Part shown: piece after piece, positions 47,998 through 57,152 of the stretch
Layout: every line of letters starts with the position of its first letter
How positions within the stretch are numbered: the first letter of the stretch is position 1
Source of the DNA: Myxococcota bacterium
GTDB lineage: Bacteria > Myxococcota_A > Polyangia > Nannocystales > Nannocystaceae
NCBI GenBank assembly: GCA_039194325.1
Contig: JBCCWC010000012.1
Span: 1-64,000 of the forward strand
Direction: 5' to 3'
DNA: 64,000 nt
Made by a program: the position numbers and the translations under genes
The notes under the pieces: generated by a model
Database searches by the model: none
What the model was told of the DNA's origin: nothing
What the model saw: only the letters and a program-made list of their open reading frames with translations

Positions 47998-49355
47998 CGG
48001 GCACTTCCGGTCGATCGCTTAGGGGGCACCCGAGGCAGGCGCAGCACCGCGCGGCAGCCTCCCTTGGGTCGGTCGAGTAGCTCCAGGGTACCGCCGTGCT
48101 GCTGCGCGATCGCCCGAGCCACGGTCAGGCCGATCCCGCTGCCGGTCGGCTTGGTGGTGGTCCCGGGCGCAAATAAGCGATCTCGGATCTGCTCGTCGAT
48201 GCCTGGGCCCTCGTCGAGGATCTCGAACCATAACTCCGACCCCTCGTCGCGAGCGACCAGGTGCACCGTGGCTGACGAGGGGCTGGCCTCGACCGCGTTG
48301 TGGAGCAGGTTGACCAGCACCTGCATCAGCTTGCGCGGATCACCGGCGAACGGCTCGGTCGCGCTCACCTCGGCCCGAAGCGTCACCCCGTAGCCGTGGG
48401 CCAGCGGTCGATGAAGCGCCAGCGCCTTATCGACCAGCTGCTGGGGCGGCGTCGCTCGACGCGTCATCTCGGTGAGCGGGCGGGAGAAGTTGAGGAACTC
48501 GTCGATGATCGAGCCCATGCGCTCCACCTCCTCCATCATCACCGTGATGCGCTCGGCGTCCTTGGTGCCGGCGGTCATACGCCGAGCGAACAGGCTGCCC
48601 AGGCCCTTGACCGAGGCCAGCGGGTTCTTGAGCTCGTGGGCGATCGCCCCCGAGAGCGTCCATAGCTCGCGGTTCTGGTCGCGCAGCGTGGCCAGGGTCT
48701 CGGCCCGTGCCTCGATGGCCGCCTCGATCGCACGCTCGACCGCTCCCCGCACCACCAACCCGAGTATGACCGCCGCGCTCAGCACCAACGTCAGCAACGC
48801 GGCCATGGTGACCGCGAACGTGGGCCCTCCAACCTGGGGCAGGACCTCGGCAACCTCGTGAGGAATCAGCCGCGGCGTAGGCCCGATGAAATCGTCGGCG
48901 GCCACCAACCACACGAACATGATCACCGCCACGACCAACGTCACCACGAGACGTACACGCCCCACCGAGATCGCGGCGAGCAAGGCAACCGCCGGCAACA
49001 CGACGACGAACGGGCTGTGGATCCCTCCGGTCAGGGCGATGATGGTGGCGTGCGCCACCATCACCGACCCCAGCAGCTCGGCCGCCTGTCTCGGAGGGAG
49101 CCGTTGGGTGTTCAGGTGAGAACGATCGCGGATCGTCAGGGCCACCATCATGACCGCCCCGCCCAGCACCAAGGCGAGCTTCCACGGCTGAGGATCGTAG
49201 GCCAGTAGCAAGCCCGCAATTGCGAGCATCAGCAGCGCGATTCCTATGCGCGCCCGCAGCAGGCCCCGAAAAAGGGGGCTGAGCTGGTGGTCGGTCAGGT
49301 GCCCGAGATGGTCGTCTCGGGAGCCAAGAGACACGATAGCGCGAAGGTCGGTCAT
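47994..49355 (-). CDS. Membrane sensor histidine kinase
   Basis: TM helices; AHELKNPL, NLLHNA, DEGPG and GSGIGL motifs; overlaps the regulator start. Confidence 0.93.
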   Translation of the reverse strand: MTDLRAIVSLGSRDDHLGHLTDHQLSPLFRGLLRARIGIALLMLAIAGLLLAYDPQPWKLALVLGGAVMMVALTIRDRSHLNTQRLPPRQAAELLGSVMVAHATIIALTGGIHSPFVVVLPAVALLAAISVGRVRLVVTLVVAVIMFVWLVAADDFIGPTPRLIPHEVAEVLPQVGGPTFAVTMAALLTLVLSAAVILGLVVRGAVERAIEAAIEARAETLATLRDQNRELWTLSGAIAHELKNPLASVKGLGSLFARRMTAGTKDAERITVMMEEVERMGSIIDEFLNFSRPLTEMTRRATPPQQLVDKALALHRPLAHGYGVTLRAEVSATEPFAGDPRKLMQVLVNLLHNAVEASPSSATVHLVARDEGSELWFEILDEGPGIDEQIRDRLFAPGTTTKPTGSGIGLTVARAIAQQHGGTLELLDRPKGGCRAVLRLPRVPPKRSTGSAR

Positions 49356-49494
49356 CGCTACGCGAGAGGCTGTTGCAGGATCGGGGCCGGATGACCCGAA
49401 CACCGGTGTGTAGCACGAACAGCCGCGGTCCGCCCCAGTCGAGCGATCCGGTCACCCTGTCGTGCCACCTCTACGCACCCGAGCGGTCGTCGAC

Positions 49495-50598
49495 CTACGT
49501 TCGGGATTGCGCCCCGTGACGTTGTAGATGTTCGACCAGCCGGGTGTAGAAGCGCAGATTGTGCAGCGTAGCCAAGCGCCACGCGAGGGGATCATCGCAG
49601 CGAAACAGATGGTGCAGATAGCCTCGACTATACCGACGACAGCAAAGCGCATCGCAAAAGGGCGAGATCGGCTCCTGGGCCATAGCGTGCTTCTTGTCGA
49701 GGATGTAGAGGCGCTCGTAGAAGCTCGCCCCCGCGGTCAGCGGGCCCTCGGGCAAGGGCTCACAAAAGCGATAGAGACGGTGATGCCGGGCATCACGGGT
49801 GGGCAGGCTGCTGTCGAACACCGCGGGCCGACCCAGCGCGGTGATCGCCACCAGGTGATCGGGCCGGCCCACCCCCAGGGCGAACAAGGGCGCGTCACGA
49901 GGCAATAGCTGGTGCAGCACCTCGAACATCTCGAGCTGGAGCTGCCCCTGTTCGTCGAGCGGCCAGCCACCGAAGCCAAACGCCCGCAGCCCCGCATCGA
50001 GCAGCGCCTGCCCGCACTCGCGCCGCAGCGCGGCGTCGTTACCCCCCTGGATCGGGGCGACCAGCGTGGGAGGCGGACCCTCGGGGCAGCGCTGCTCGAG
50101 CTGACGCTCGAACTCCTCGCGAGCCCGACGAGCCCAGGCCACGGTGCGATCGACGGCCCGCCGCTGCTCGTCGACCGGCGCCTCGGGCCCGGTGCAATCG
50201 TCGAGGGCCACCATCACGTCGGCCCCCAGGCGAAACTGAGTCTGCACGACCTTCTCGGGGGTGAGGATCAGCTTGTCGCGCCCGTCGGGGGGCCGAAACA
50301 CGATCTCTCGATCGCGGATCTGGCCGTGCTTGGGATTTTGGCGGATCAGCGAGAACACCTGGAAGCCGCCCGAGTCGGTGACGATCGGGCCCGACCAGCC
50401 GGCGAACGCGTGCAGCCCTCCTAGCCGCTGCACCACGCGGATCCCCGGCCGGGTCATCAGGTGGTAGGCGTTGATCATCAGGGCGGGGATCCCCACCGCC
50501 TCGAGATCACTGGCGTCGACCGAGCGCACGAAGCCCCGCGTAGCATCGGGGATGTAGCAGGGGGCACGCAGGGATCCGTGGGCGGTCGACAGCTCCAT
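49495..50598 (-). CDS. tgt: tRNA-guanine transglycosylase family protein (divergent)
   Basis: NAYHL, TDSGGFQVFS, LDDC, IQGG, FDSSLPTR and YLHHL...LATLHNL motifs. Confidence 0.85.
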   Translation of the reverse strand: MELSTAHGSLRAPCYIPDATRGFVRSVDASDLEAVGIPALMINAYHLMTRPGIRVVQRLGGLHAFAGWSGPIVTDSGGFQVFSLIRQNPKHGQIRDREIVFRPPDGRDKLILTPEKVVQTQFRLGADVMVALDDCTGPEAPVDEQRRAVDRTVAWARRAREEFERQLEQRCPEGPPPTLVAPIQGGNDAALRRECGQALLDAGLRAFGFGGWPLDEQGQLQLEMFEVLHQLLPRDAPLFALGVGRPDHLVAITALGRPAVFDSSLPTRDARHHRLYRFCEPLPEGPLTAGASFYERLYILDKKHAMAQEPISPFCDALCCRRYSRGYLHHLFRCDDPLAWRLATLHNLRFYTRLVEHLQRHGAQSRT

Positions 50599-50604
50599 GG
50601 CCGC

Positions 50605-51396
50605 TCAGCCCTCCGGGACCTCGATCGTCCCCTCGAGGTAGAGCACGGCCTGGCCGGTGATCTCGACCCGCTCGCCCTTCATCACGCAGCGCAGTGATCC
50701 CCCGCGCGCGGAGACCTGCCGGGCGACGAGCTCGGTCTTGCCGAGGCGCTCGGCCCAGTAGGGTGTGAGCGTGCAGTGAGCACTACCAGTCACCGGATCC
50801 TCGTCGATCCCCAGGTGCGGTGCGAAGTAGCGCGAGACGAAATCCACCTCGTCACCGGGCGCGGTCACGATGAGGCCATCCCCCGGCATCGCCGCGATGA
50901 AGCGCAGGTCGGGGCAAAGGGCGCGCACGGCCTGCTCGTCGTCCAGCACCGCGAGGTTCTTCAGGGCGCGCAGCACCGCGCGCGGCTCGACGCCTCCCAG
51001 CGCGGCTCCGAGACCCTCGGGAGGCTCCACGAGCTGCGGCGGCCGGGCCGGGAAGTCGAGCACGAGCCCCGCGTCGGAGCGTCCCACGGTGAGTCGACCG
51101 GCCTGGCGGGTGTCGAAGTGTAGGCGCTCCCGCGCAGGCTCTCGACCAAAGAGCACGAACGCAGCGGCCAGGGTCGCGTGCCCGCATAGCTCCACCTCGA
51201 CCGTGGGGGAGAACCAGCGGATCTCCCGATCCTCGCCCCGAGACACCACGAAGGCCGTCTCCGAGACGTTGTTCTCCGCGGCGATCGCCAGGAGCGTGGC
51301 GTCGTCGAGCCATCGCGGCAGTAGACACACCGCGGCCGGGTTTCCAGCGAAGACTTGCTCGGTAAATGAATCGACCTGATAGAGCGGCAGCTTCAT
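50605..51396 (-). CDS. PhzF-family (phenazine-biosynthesis-like) epimerase
   Basis: GNPAAV, SETAF, EVELCGHATLA and EDPVTGSAH motifs. Confidence 0.95.
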   Translation of the reverse strand: MKLPLYQVDSFTEQVFAGNPAAVCLLPRWLDDATLLAIAAENNVSETAFVVSRGEDREIRWFSPTVEVELCGHATLAAAFVLFGREPARERLHFDTRQAGRLTVGRSDAGLVLDFPARPPQLVEPPEGLGAALGGVEPRAVLRALKNLAVLDDEQAVRALCPDLRFIAAMPGDGLIVTAPGDEVDFVSRYFAPHLGIDEDPVTGSAHCTLTPYWAERLGKTELVARQVSARGGSLRCVMKGERVEITGQAVLYLEGTIEVPEG

Positions 51397-51495
51397 CGGC
51401 GTGTATGTACGCGGACCTTCCCATGCTCCTGGGCTCGGGTCGACCCCGAGATTTACCGCGTCATGACGATGGCGAGTCGCCCGTTCATGGACCCG

Positions 51496-54099
51496 CTATG
51501 CGCCGTCTCGCTCTTCGAGCCACGCCTGAACGACTTCGAGACGATCGCGGATGTCCCAGCCCTCTTCGCGGGCCGCCACGTAGCTCTGCGCGGCGGCTCG
51601 CGCGATGGCCAGAGCCCGCGCACGATCGATCTCGCCGTCCCACAGCGCCTGCGCGAGGTTGAAGCGGATCGTCCCCACCCGCTCGGGCCGCACTTGCCGG
51701 TCGATCGAGATCTCGAGGGCTCGCTCGAGGCGCGCTACAGCGGCGGCGGGCTCTCCGAGCTCGATCTCGACGCGGGCCAGGCCGAGCAGGCACGGTACCA
51801 GCTGCGGATGGTCCGCCCCGAGGGCCCGCTCGGTGCGTACGACCACGGTCTGAAACGACTTGCGGGCCTCCTCGAAGTTACCGCTGAACATGTAGTTGGC
51901 GGCGACGTTGTTGAGAAACCCCAGGGTGTGGATGTGATCGGGACCGTGGATCGCCTCGTTGCGGGCGGCCGCCTCGGCAAGCAAGGCGGCCGCTTCAACG
52001 TGGCGCTCGCGAAGCGCGTGGAACATGCCCACGTTCCCGAGCACGTTGACATAGCGCGGGTCGTCCTCGGCAAACGTGCGCTTGGCAGCCGCCAGAGCCG
52101 ATGCATAAACTAGCTCGGCCTCGTCGTCCCGCCCCGCCTCTCGCAAGGTCGCGCCGTAGGTGGTCCGCGCTGCGATGGCGTGGGGGTGCTCGGGACTGAA
52201 TGCTGCGTCGAAGATCTCCACCGCGCGCTGCTGGGCCTCCAGGGCAAGATCGACGCTGCCACGCCTCGACAGGGCGGTGGCCAGGGAATTGAGGCTGTGG
52301 GCGACCGCCGGATGCCGAGGGCCGAGCTTGGACTCGGCGAGCGCCAGGCTCTGCCGCAAGAGCTCGATCTCCTCGGCGGTGGAGCCTAGGCGCCCCAGCA
52401 CGTTGCCGAGGGCCTGCGCCCCCTGCATCCGCGCGTAGGGATTGGGAGGGTCTTGCTGATCGGCAAGCTCGATGCTGCGCTCGTAGTGCACGCGTGCTTG
52501 CTCGTGGTCACCCCGCTGGTAGGCCACCTTGCCTTGAGCATTGGCCACGCGGGTCCGCAGGGGCACGGTGTCGTTGCGCTCCAGCGCGGCGGCGGCATGG
52601 TCGATCCATCGAGAAGCCTCATCGTGCCGCCCCTGGTCGGCCAATAGCATGGCGAGATCCATCGCGCAGTGAGCGATGAGCTCGGGATGATCGGAGGCCA
52701 CGGCGGCCGCGAAGGCGGTGTGAAAGCCACGCTCGGCCTCGTCTTCGTGCCCCAGGGCCCGGTGGGCCTCGGCGATCCCGTAGTCGGCCTGCCCCTCCAA
52801 TGCACGCAGGCCCAGGGCTCGCGCCTGCTCGCGCGCTTGCTGATGGAGCTCGATGCTCGGCAGATAACGGCCCATCTTGTGCTTGACCTCGCCCCGGGAC
52901 AAGAGCGACTCGATGGCGAGCACCTGCTGGATGTCGACGTCGGCGTAGCGCGCCTCGTCGCCCGGCCCCGTCCCGCACGCGGCGGGCGAGCCGAGTGATG
53001 CGGCGGTCTGCGCCGCGCTCACCACCGTGGGCTCGTCGGCTTGACCGAGCGCGTCGACGAAGGTCTCCAGCGCCTGGATCTGCCGATGCAGGCAGATCGT
53101 GGCCGCGGCTCGATGGATCTTCTCGGCCTCGCCGAGCCCACAGTGCTCGCCTTGGGCTTGCCGCCAGCGCTCTACGAAGGAATCGACGTCCCGCTCGACC
53201 GACTGCCAGGCGTTCTGGGCGTAGGGCACCCCGGTGGCCAGGAAGGCCTGGTGACCGCTCTGCGTCGTCGACTCGTTCCAGATCTCGGTGAGTCGGGAGT
53301 AGGCCGAGTCGCACCAGACCTGCCCGGTCGGCTCGGGCTCGGAGCGTGAGGCTACGAAGGTCGAGGCGCCCGCGATGACCAGCACCAGCATGCCCACCAC
53401 CCCGGCGCGCTGCTTTCGACGCTGGACGGCCCGCAACGCGTCGACCAAGCCCCGCAGCGAACCGTGCGCCGAGCGTTGGCGCAGGCCATCGTGCACGATC
53501 CGGCGCACTCGACGGGGCACGTGCGGGTAGCGGGGTGGCTCGAGCTCCTTGCCGGGAAGCCCGCCGAAGAGCGCCTGGTATAGGGCCATGGCCCAGCTGC
53601 GCCGATCGTCGTCCTCGGTGGGCGGAGCGCCCAGCCGCGGCGAGGAGCGAACGAAGTCGATGACTCGCACCTGCCGGTCGTCCCCCACGACGAGCGAGTC
53701 GAGGCCGAAGCGACCGTGGATAAGGCCCGCCTCGTGCGCCGTGGCCAGCGCATCGCCAGCCGCCACGAAGACGTCGAGCACTCGGGTCCATCGCGGCTCG
53801 GCCTGCTCGATCCAGGGCAGGACGGTGCGACCGTCGACGAAGTCCATCGCGGCGAATTGTCGACCCTCGTAGGCGCCCACGTCGTGCACCCGCACAACAT
53901 TGGGGTGCACGAGACGAGCGAGCACCCGAGCCTGATCGCGACGCCAGGCCTGCGCCTGCTCGGACGCGACGGGAAAGACCTTGAGGCGAACCTTGCGATC
54001 GAGCTCGGGATCGTAGGCGATAAGCGTGCGCTCACCGTTGCGCCCGACGACCTCGTCGAGGACGAGGTAGCGGCCAAACCGGGAGGCAGGGTCGGTCAT
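51496..54099 (-). CDS. Kinase-like (probable pseudokinase) protein with TPR repeats
   Basis: Kinase scaffold (YDPELDRKV.LK, HPNVV) with HGRFGLDS in place of HRDxKxxN and DFV in place of DFG; the TPR tail resembles the paralogs. Confidence 0.85.
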   Translation of the reverse strand: MTDPASRFGRYLVLDEVVGRNGERTLIAYDPELDRKVRLKVFPVASEQAQAWRRDQARVLARLVHPNVVRVHDVGAYEGRQFAAMDFVDGRTVLPWIEQAEPRWTRVLDVFVAAGDALATAHEAGLIHGRFGLDSLVVGDDRQVRVIDFVRSSPRLGAPPTEDDDRRSWAMALYQALFGGLPGKELEPPRYPHVPRRVRRIVHDGLRQRSAHGSLRGLVDALRAVQRRKQRAGVVGMLVLVIAGASTFVASRSEPEPTGQVWCDSAYSRLTEIWNESTTQSGHQAFLATGVPYAQNAWQSVERDVDSFVERWRQAQGEHCGLGEAEKIHRAAATICLHRQIQALETFVDALGQADEPTVVSAAQTAASLGSPAACGTGPGDEARYADVDIQQVLAIESLLSRGEVKHKMGRYLPSIELHQQAREQARALGLRALEGQADYGIAEAHRALGHEDEAERGFHTAFAAAVASDHPELIAHCAMDLAMLLADQGRHDEASRWIDHAAAALERNDTVPLRTRVANAQGKVAYQRGDHEQARVHYERSIELADQQDPPNPYARMQGAQALGNVLGRLGSTAEEIELLRQSLALAESKLGPRHPAVAHSLNSLATALSRRGSVDLALEAQQRAVEIFDAAFSPEHPHAIAARTTYGATLREAGRDDEAELVYASALAAAKRTFAEDDPRYVNVLGNVGMFHALRERHVEAAALLAEAAARNEAIHGPDHIHTLGFLNNVAANYMFSGNFEEARKSFQTVVVRTERALGADHPQLVPCLLGLARVEIELGEPAAAVARLERALEISIDRQVRPERVGTIRFNLAQALWDGEIDRARALAIARAAAQSYVAAREEGWDIRDRLEVVQAWLEERDGA

Positions 54100-54185
54100 G
54101 GAGCGACTGCCTATTTGGCACGGACCTGGGGGTATCGCCAAGTCGCTCCCTCACGTAGGCGGGCCGTTCGAGGCGAACGGATCGC

Positions 54186-54734
54186 TCACGCGCGCTCGCG
54201 AGGCAACCCCGCGAGCAACTTGGCATAGAGCCGGCGGCGTGCGGCAAGCTGACGGGGTCGAACCCAGTCCAAGCCCATGGCCTTCCAGTCGGGGTCGTCG
54301 GGATCCAGGCCCAGGGCCGCGACGAATTGCCGCGAGCACACGAAGAACTGACTGCGGTAGCCCAGCAGATAGCCGCCGACCTGGGCGTGGGTACGACGAG
54401 CCGCAGCGTAGTCGGCAAACCACTGGTTGGTGAAGGCACAGCCCCGGTGCGGGTAGAGCAACGTGCCCAGATCGGACTCGTCCTCGTCGCCTCGCAACAC
54501 CCGATGAGCATGGGGCCAGCCCGAAAAACCCAGCTCACGCGCGATCACGGCCAGGCTGTGCTTTCGCTGGATCGGCGGGGTCGGCCCCGAGCCCGAGCGA
54601 AACTGTGGCAGCCGCCGTAGGCGCTCAAGGGCGGCCGGATCCCCCGCCTCGGCGCGACGATGCAGCAGCCGCGCTCGCGCCTTGAGTTCTTCGATCGCAT
54701 TGATCGCATTGATCGCATTGATCGCATTGATCAT
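54186..54734 (-). CDS. Conserved hypothetical protein (IEELKARARLL...VIARELGFSGW N-terminal helical domain)
   Basis: Strong RBS GAGGAGG before the ATG at 54734; a 9-bp repeat x4 encodes (INA)4. Confidence 0.8.
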   Translation of the reverse strand: MINAINAINAINAIEELKARARLLHRRAEAGDPAALERLRRLPQFRSGSGPTPPIQRKHSLAVIARELGFSGWPHAHRVLRGDEDESDLGTLLYPHRGCAFTNQWFADYAAARRTHAQVGGYLLGYRSQFFVCSRQFVAALGLDPDDPDWKAMGLDWVRPRQLAARRRLYAKLLAGLPRERA

Positions 54735-54862
54735 TGCCAATTCCTCCTCATGTGGCCGGCACCCGCACCATTGGGCCAAGGGGAACGCAACGTCGTGCGC
54801 ATCGAGTTGATGATGCAGGGTGGATCCACCGTTTGGCGGGAAGGGCGCCCCTGCGCACCCAG
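54735..54862 (-). ncRNA. Candidate structured 5' leader RNA
   Basis: Closing stem AGGGGCGC/GCGTTCCCCT, hairpins GGTG-GATC-CACC and GCATC-N8-GATGC, and possible pseudoknot CCCGC/GCGGG, all between a putative promoter and the RBS. Confidence 0.45.
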
Positions 54863-54868
54863 ACCGCC

Positions 54869-54896
54869 AGCATACGGCACGAACGACACCGCGCAA
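54869..54896 (-). promoter_or_regulatory. Putative sigma-70-type promoter TTGCGC-N16-TATGCT
   Basis: On the minus strand, -35 at 54896-54891 and -10 at 54874-54869. Confidence 0.4.
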
Positions 54897-55192
54897 GGCG
54901 ATTCGTGGCCCGCCCGACGCAGAAATCAGCACAAACGCGCGATCGAACGGAACCTGCACTGCTCGGACCGGGTTCGAACCCGAGGGGAAACCAATGCCTC
55001 CGCCGACGCAACAAAACCGCTGTGGAGCCACCGCCGCCTGTCTCCAGACCATGGGATGGTCGATCCTACCGTGCCATCGGCACGGGCCCGGGCACGGGCA
55101 ACCGATCTGGAACCCAGTCGCGCTCGTGGCGTGGTTCTGGTACGTCCCCGGAGCGATGGCCAGATCGAAAAACGGTCAAGCGACGCCCTACC

Positions 55193-55930
55193 ATGAGTGA
55201 ACCCATCATCGAGGTGGCCGACGTCCACCGCGAGTATCGCATGGGCGGCGAGACGATCGCGGCGCTCAGCGGGGTGAGCTTCATGATCCGCGAGGGCGAG
55301 TTCGTGGCCATCGTGGGCAAGTCGGGCTCGGGCAAGACCACGCTGATGAACCTGCTGGGCTGCCTCGACCGCCCCACGCAGGGCTCCTACCGGCTGGGAG
55401 GCAACGACGTGGAGGGCCTGTCCGACGACGAGCTCTCCCGGCTGCGCAACCAGCATATCGGCTTCGTGTTCCAGAGCTTCCAGCTGCTCAACCGAGCGTC
55501 GGCCATCAAGAACGTCTCGCTGCCGCTGGTGTATCGGGGCGTGTCCCGCTCGCAGCGGCGGAGCCTGGCCGCGGCCGCGCTCGAGCGCGTGGGCCTGGGG
55601 CATCGCACGGGTCATCGCCCCAACCAGATGTCGGGTGGCGAGCGGCAGCGCGTGGCGATCGCCCGGGCGCTGGTGGGATCGCCGTCGCTCATCCTGGCCG
55701 ACGAGCCCACGGGCAACCTCGACTCGGCGACCGAGCGCGACACCATGCGGCTGTTCTACGAGTTACACGAGGCGGGCAACACGATCGTGCTGGTCACCCA
55801 CGAGCCCTCGATCGCCCAGCAATGCCCCCGCGCCATTCGCCTGGCCGACGGTCGGGTGGTGGGCGACGGGCCGGGCCCCGAGGTGGGCGCCAATCCCCGC
55901 GTCCCGACCGCGGAGGGCGTGCATGCGTAG
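55193..55930 (+). CDS. ABC transporter ATP-binding protein (MacB/LolD-like)
   Basis: [33 protein letters not shown] and VTHE motifs. Confidence 0.97.
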   Translation: MSEPIIEVADVHREYRMGGETIAALSGVSFMIREGEFVAIVGKSGSGKTTLMNLLGCLDRPTQGSYRLGGNDVEGLSDDELSRLRNQHIGFVFQSFQLLNRASAIKNVSLPLVYRGVSRSQRRSLAAAALERVGLGHRTGHRPNQMSGGERQRVAIARALVGSPSLILADEPTGNLDSATERDTMRLFYELHEAGNTIVLVTHEPSIAQQCPRAIRLADGRVVGDGPGPEVGANPRVPTAEGVHA

Positions 55931-57152
55931 GCCATCGCTCGGGCCCGGCCCCAAGGCAAGGGCGCTGGCGCTGGCGCTGGCGCTGACCGGCTGCGACTCC
56001 CCGCCCTCCGCCCAGGGCCCCGTGCCGGCGGCCGAGGAGGAGCTGCTCGTCACCCGTGGTGCGCTATACGAGCACGTCTTGCTCACCGGCGAGCTCGAAG
56101 CGGCTGATTCCGAAGACCTGCTGGCCCCCAAGACCGAGGGCTGGGCGACGCCGATCCGTTGGCTCATCGAAGACGGCGCATCGGTGAAACAAGGCGACAA
56201 GGTCGTCGAGCTCGACAACACCGCGATCCTCGAGAAGATAAGTGATCACGATCTGGCGGTGCTCCACGCCGAGATCGAGCTGACCAACCAAAAGGCGACC
56301 AGCGAGGTCGAGCTGGCCGACAAGCGCTTCGAGGTGCACAGCCAGCAGACCGCGCTGGCCAAGGCCAAGCTCGACGCCGGCGTCTCGCCCGAGCTGGTGT
56401 CCCGGCGCGAGTATCAGCAGTTCCAGCTGGCGGTGCGCACGGCCAAGACGGGCCTGGCCACGGCCAAGGACGACCTGAAGGCCGCCCAGGAGGCGGCCCG
56501 CCTGCAAGAGCAGGTCAAGCGGATCGCCCTGCAAAAGGCCCGACGCAAGTACGACGGCGCGGTGGAGCAGATCCACGCGCTGGCGCTCACCGCCCCGCGC
56601 GACGGGGTGGCGGTGGTGGACACCCACCCGTGGGAGGGGCGCAAGTGGCAAGTGGGCGATACGGTCTGGCCGGGGCTGACCGTCGCCAAGCTTCCCGATC
56701 TATCCTCGATGATCGTAGAGGCGGTGGTCAGCGACGTAGACGACGGCCGGGTGCGCCCGGGGATGAAGGCGACCTGCGTGGTCGATGCCTACCCCGACCA
56801 ACCGCTCGAGGGAACCGTGCTCGCCGTCAGCCCGGTCGCTCGCGAGCCCGAGCACCAGTCGCAGCGCCGCTTCTTCTCGGTGGTGGTGGAGCTGCCTCCC
56901 ACCAACATCGAGAACCTGCGACCGGGCCTGTCGGTGAAGGTCGACGTGCGGGTGGCCGAACACGACGACGTGCTGCTCGCTCCCCGGGTCGCGCTGGATC
57001 TGTTTGTCGAGCCCCCGCGAGCGTGGCTTTCGTCGGGCGAGGCGATCGAGGTCGAGGTGGGAGCCTGCGATGCCCAGCGCTGCGAGGTGCTGGCTGGGCT
57101 CGACGAAGGAGCGTCGCTCACGCGACGCCCCAGCGAGGAGGTGGCGGGATGA
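55923..57152 (+). CDS. Efflux membrane-fusion (HlyD/MacA-like) lipoprotein 1
   Basis: Lipobox LALTGC, lipoyl halves, coiled coil, APRDG and LRPGLS. Confidence 0.9.
   Translation: MRRPSLGPGPKARALALALALTGCDSPPSAQGPVPAAEEELLVTRGALYEHVLLTGELEAADSEDLLAPKTEGWATPIRWLIEDGASVKQGDKVVELDNTAILEKISDHDLAVLHAEIELTNQKATSEVELADKRFEVHSQQTALAKAKLDAGVSPELVSRREYQQFQLAVRTAKTGLATAKDDLKAAQEAARLQEQVKRIALQKARRKYDGAVEQIHALALTAPRDGVAVVDTHPWEGRKWQVGDTVWPGLTVAKLPDLSSMIVEAVVSDVDDGRVRPGMKATCVVDAYPDQPLEGTVLAVSPVAREPEHQSQRRFFSVVVELPPTNIENLRPGLSVKVDVRVAEHDDVLLAPRVALDLFVEPPRAWLSSGEAIEVEVGACDAQRCEVLAGLDEGASLTRRPSEEVAG

Noticed and set aside
50605..51396. Phenazine biosynthesis cluster
   Set aside because: A lone PhzF-family gene with no other phz genes nearby.
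54960..55000. tRNA fragment (GGTTCGAACCC T-loop-like motif)
   Set aside because: No cloverleaf, D-arm or acceptor stem could be built around it.
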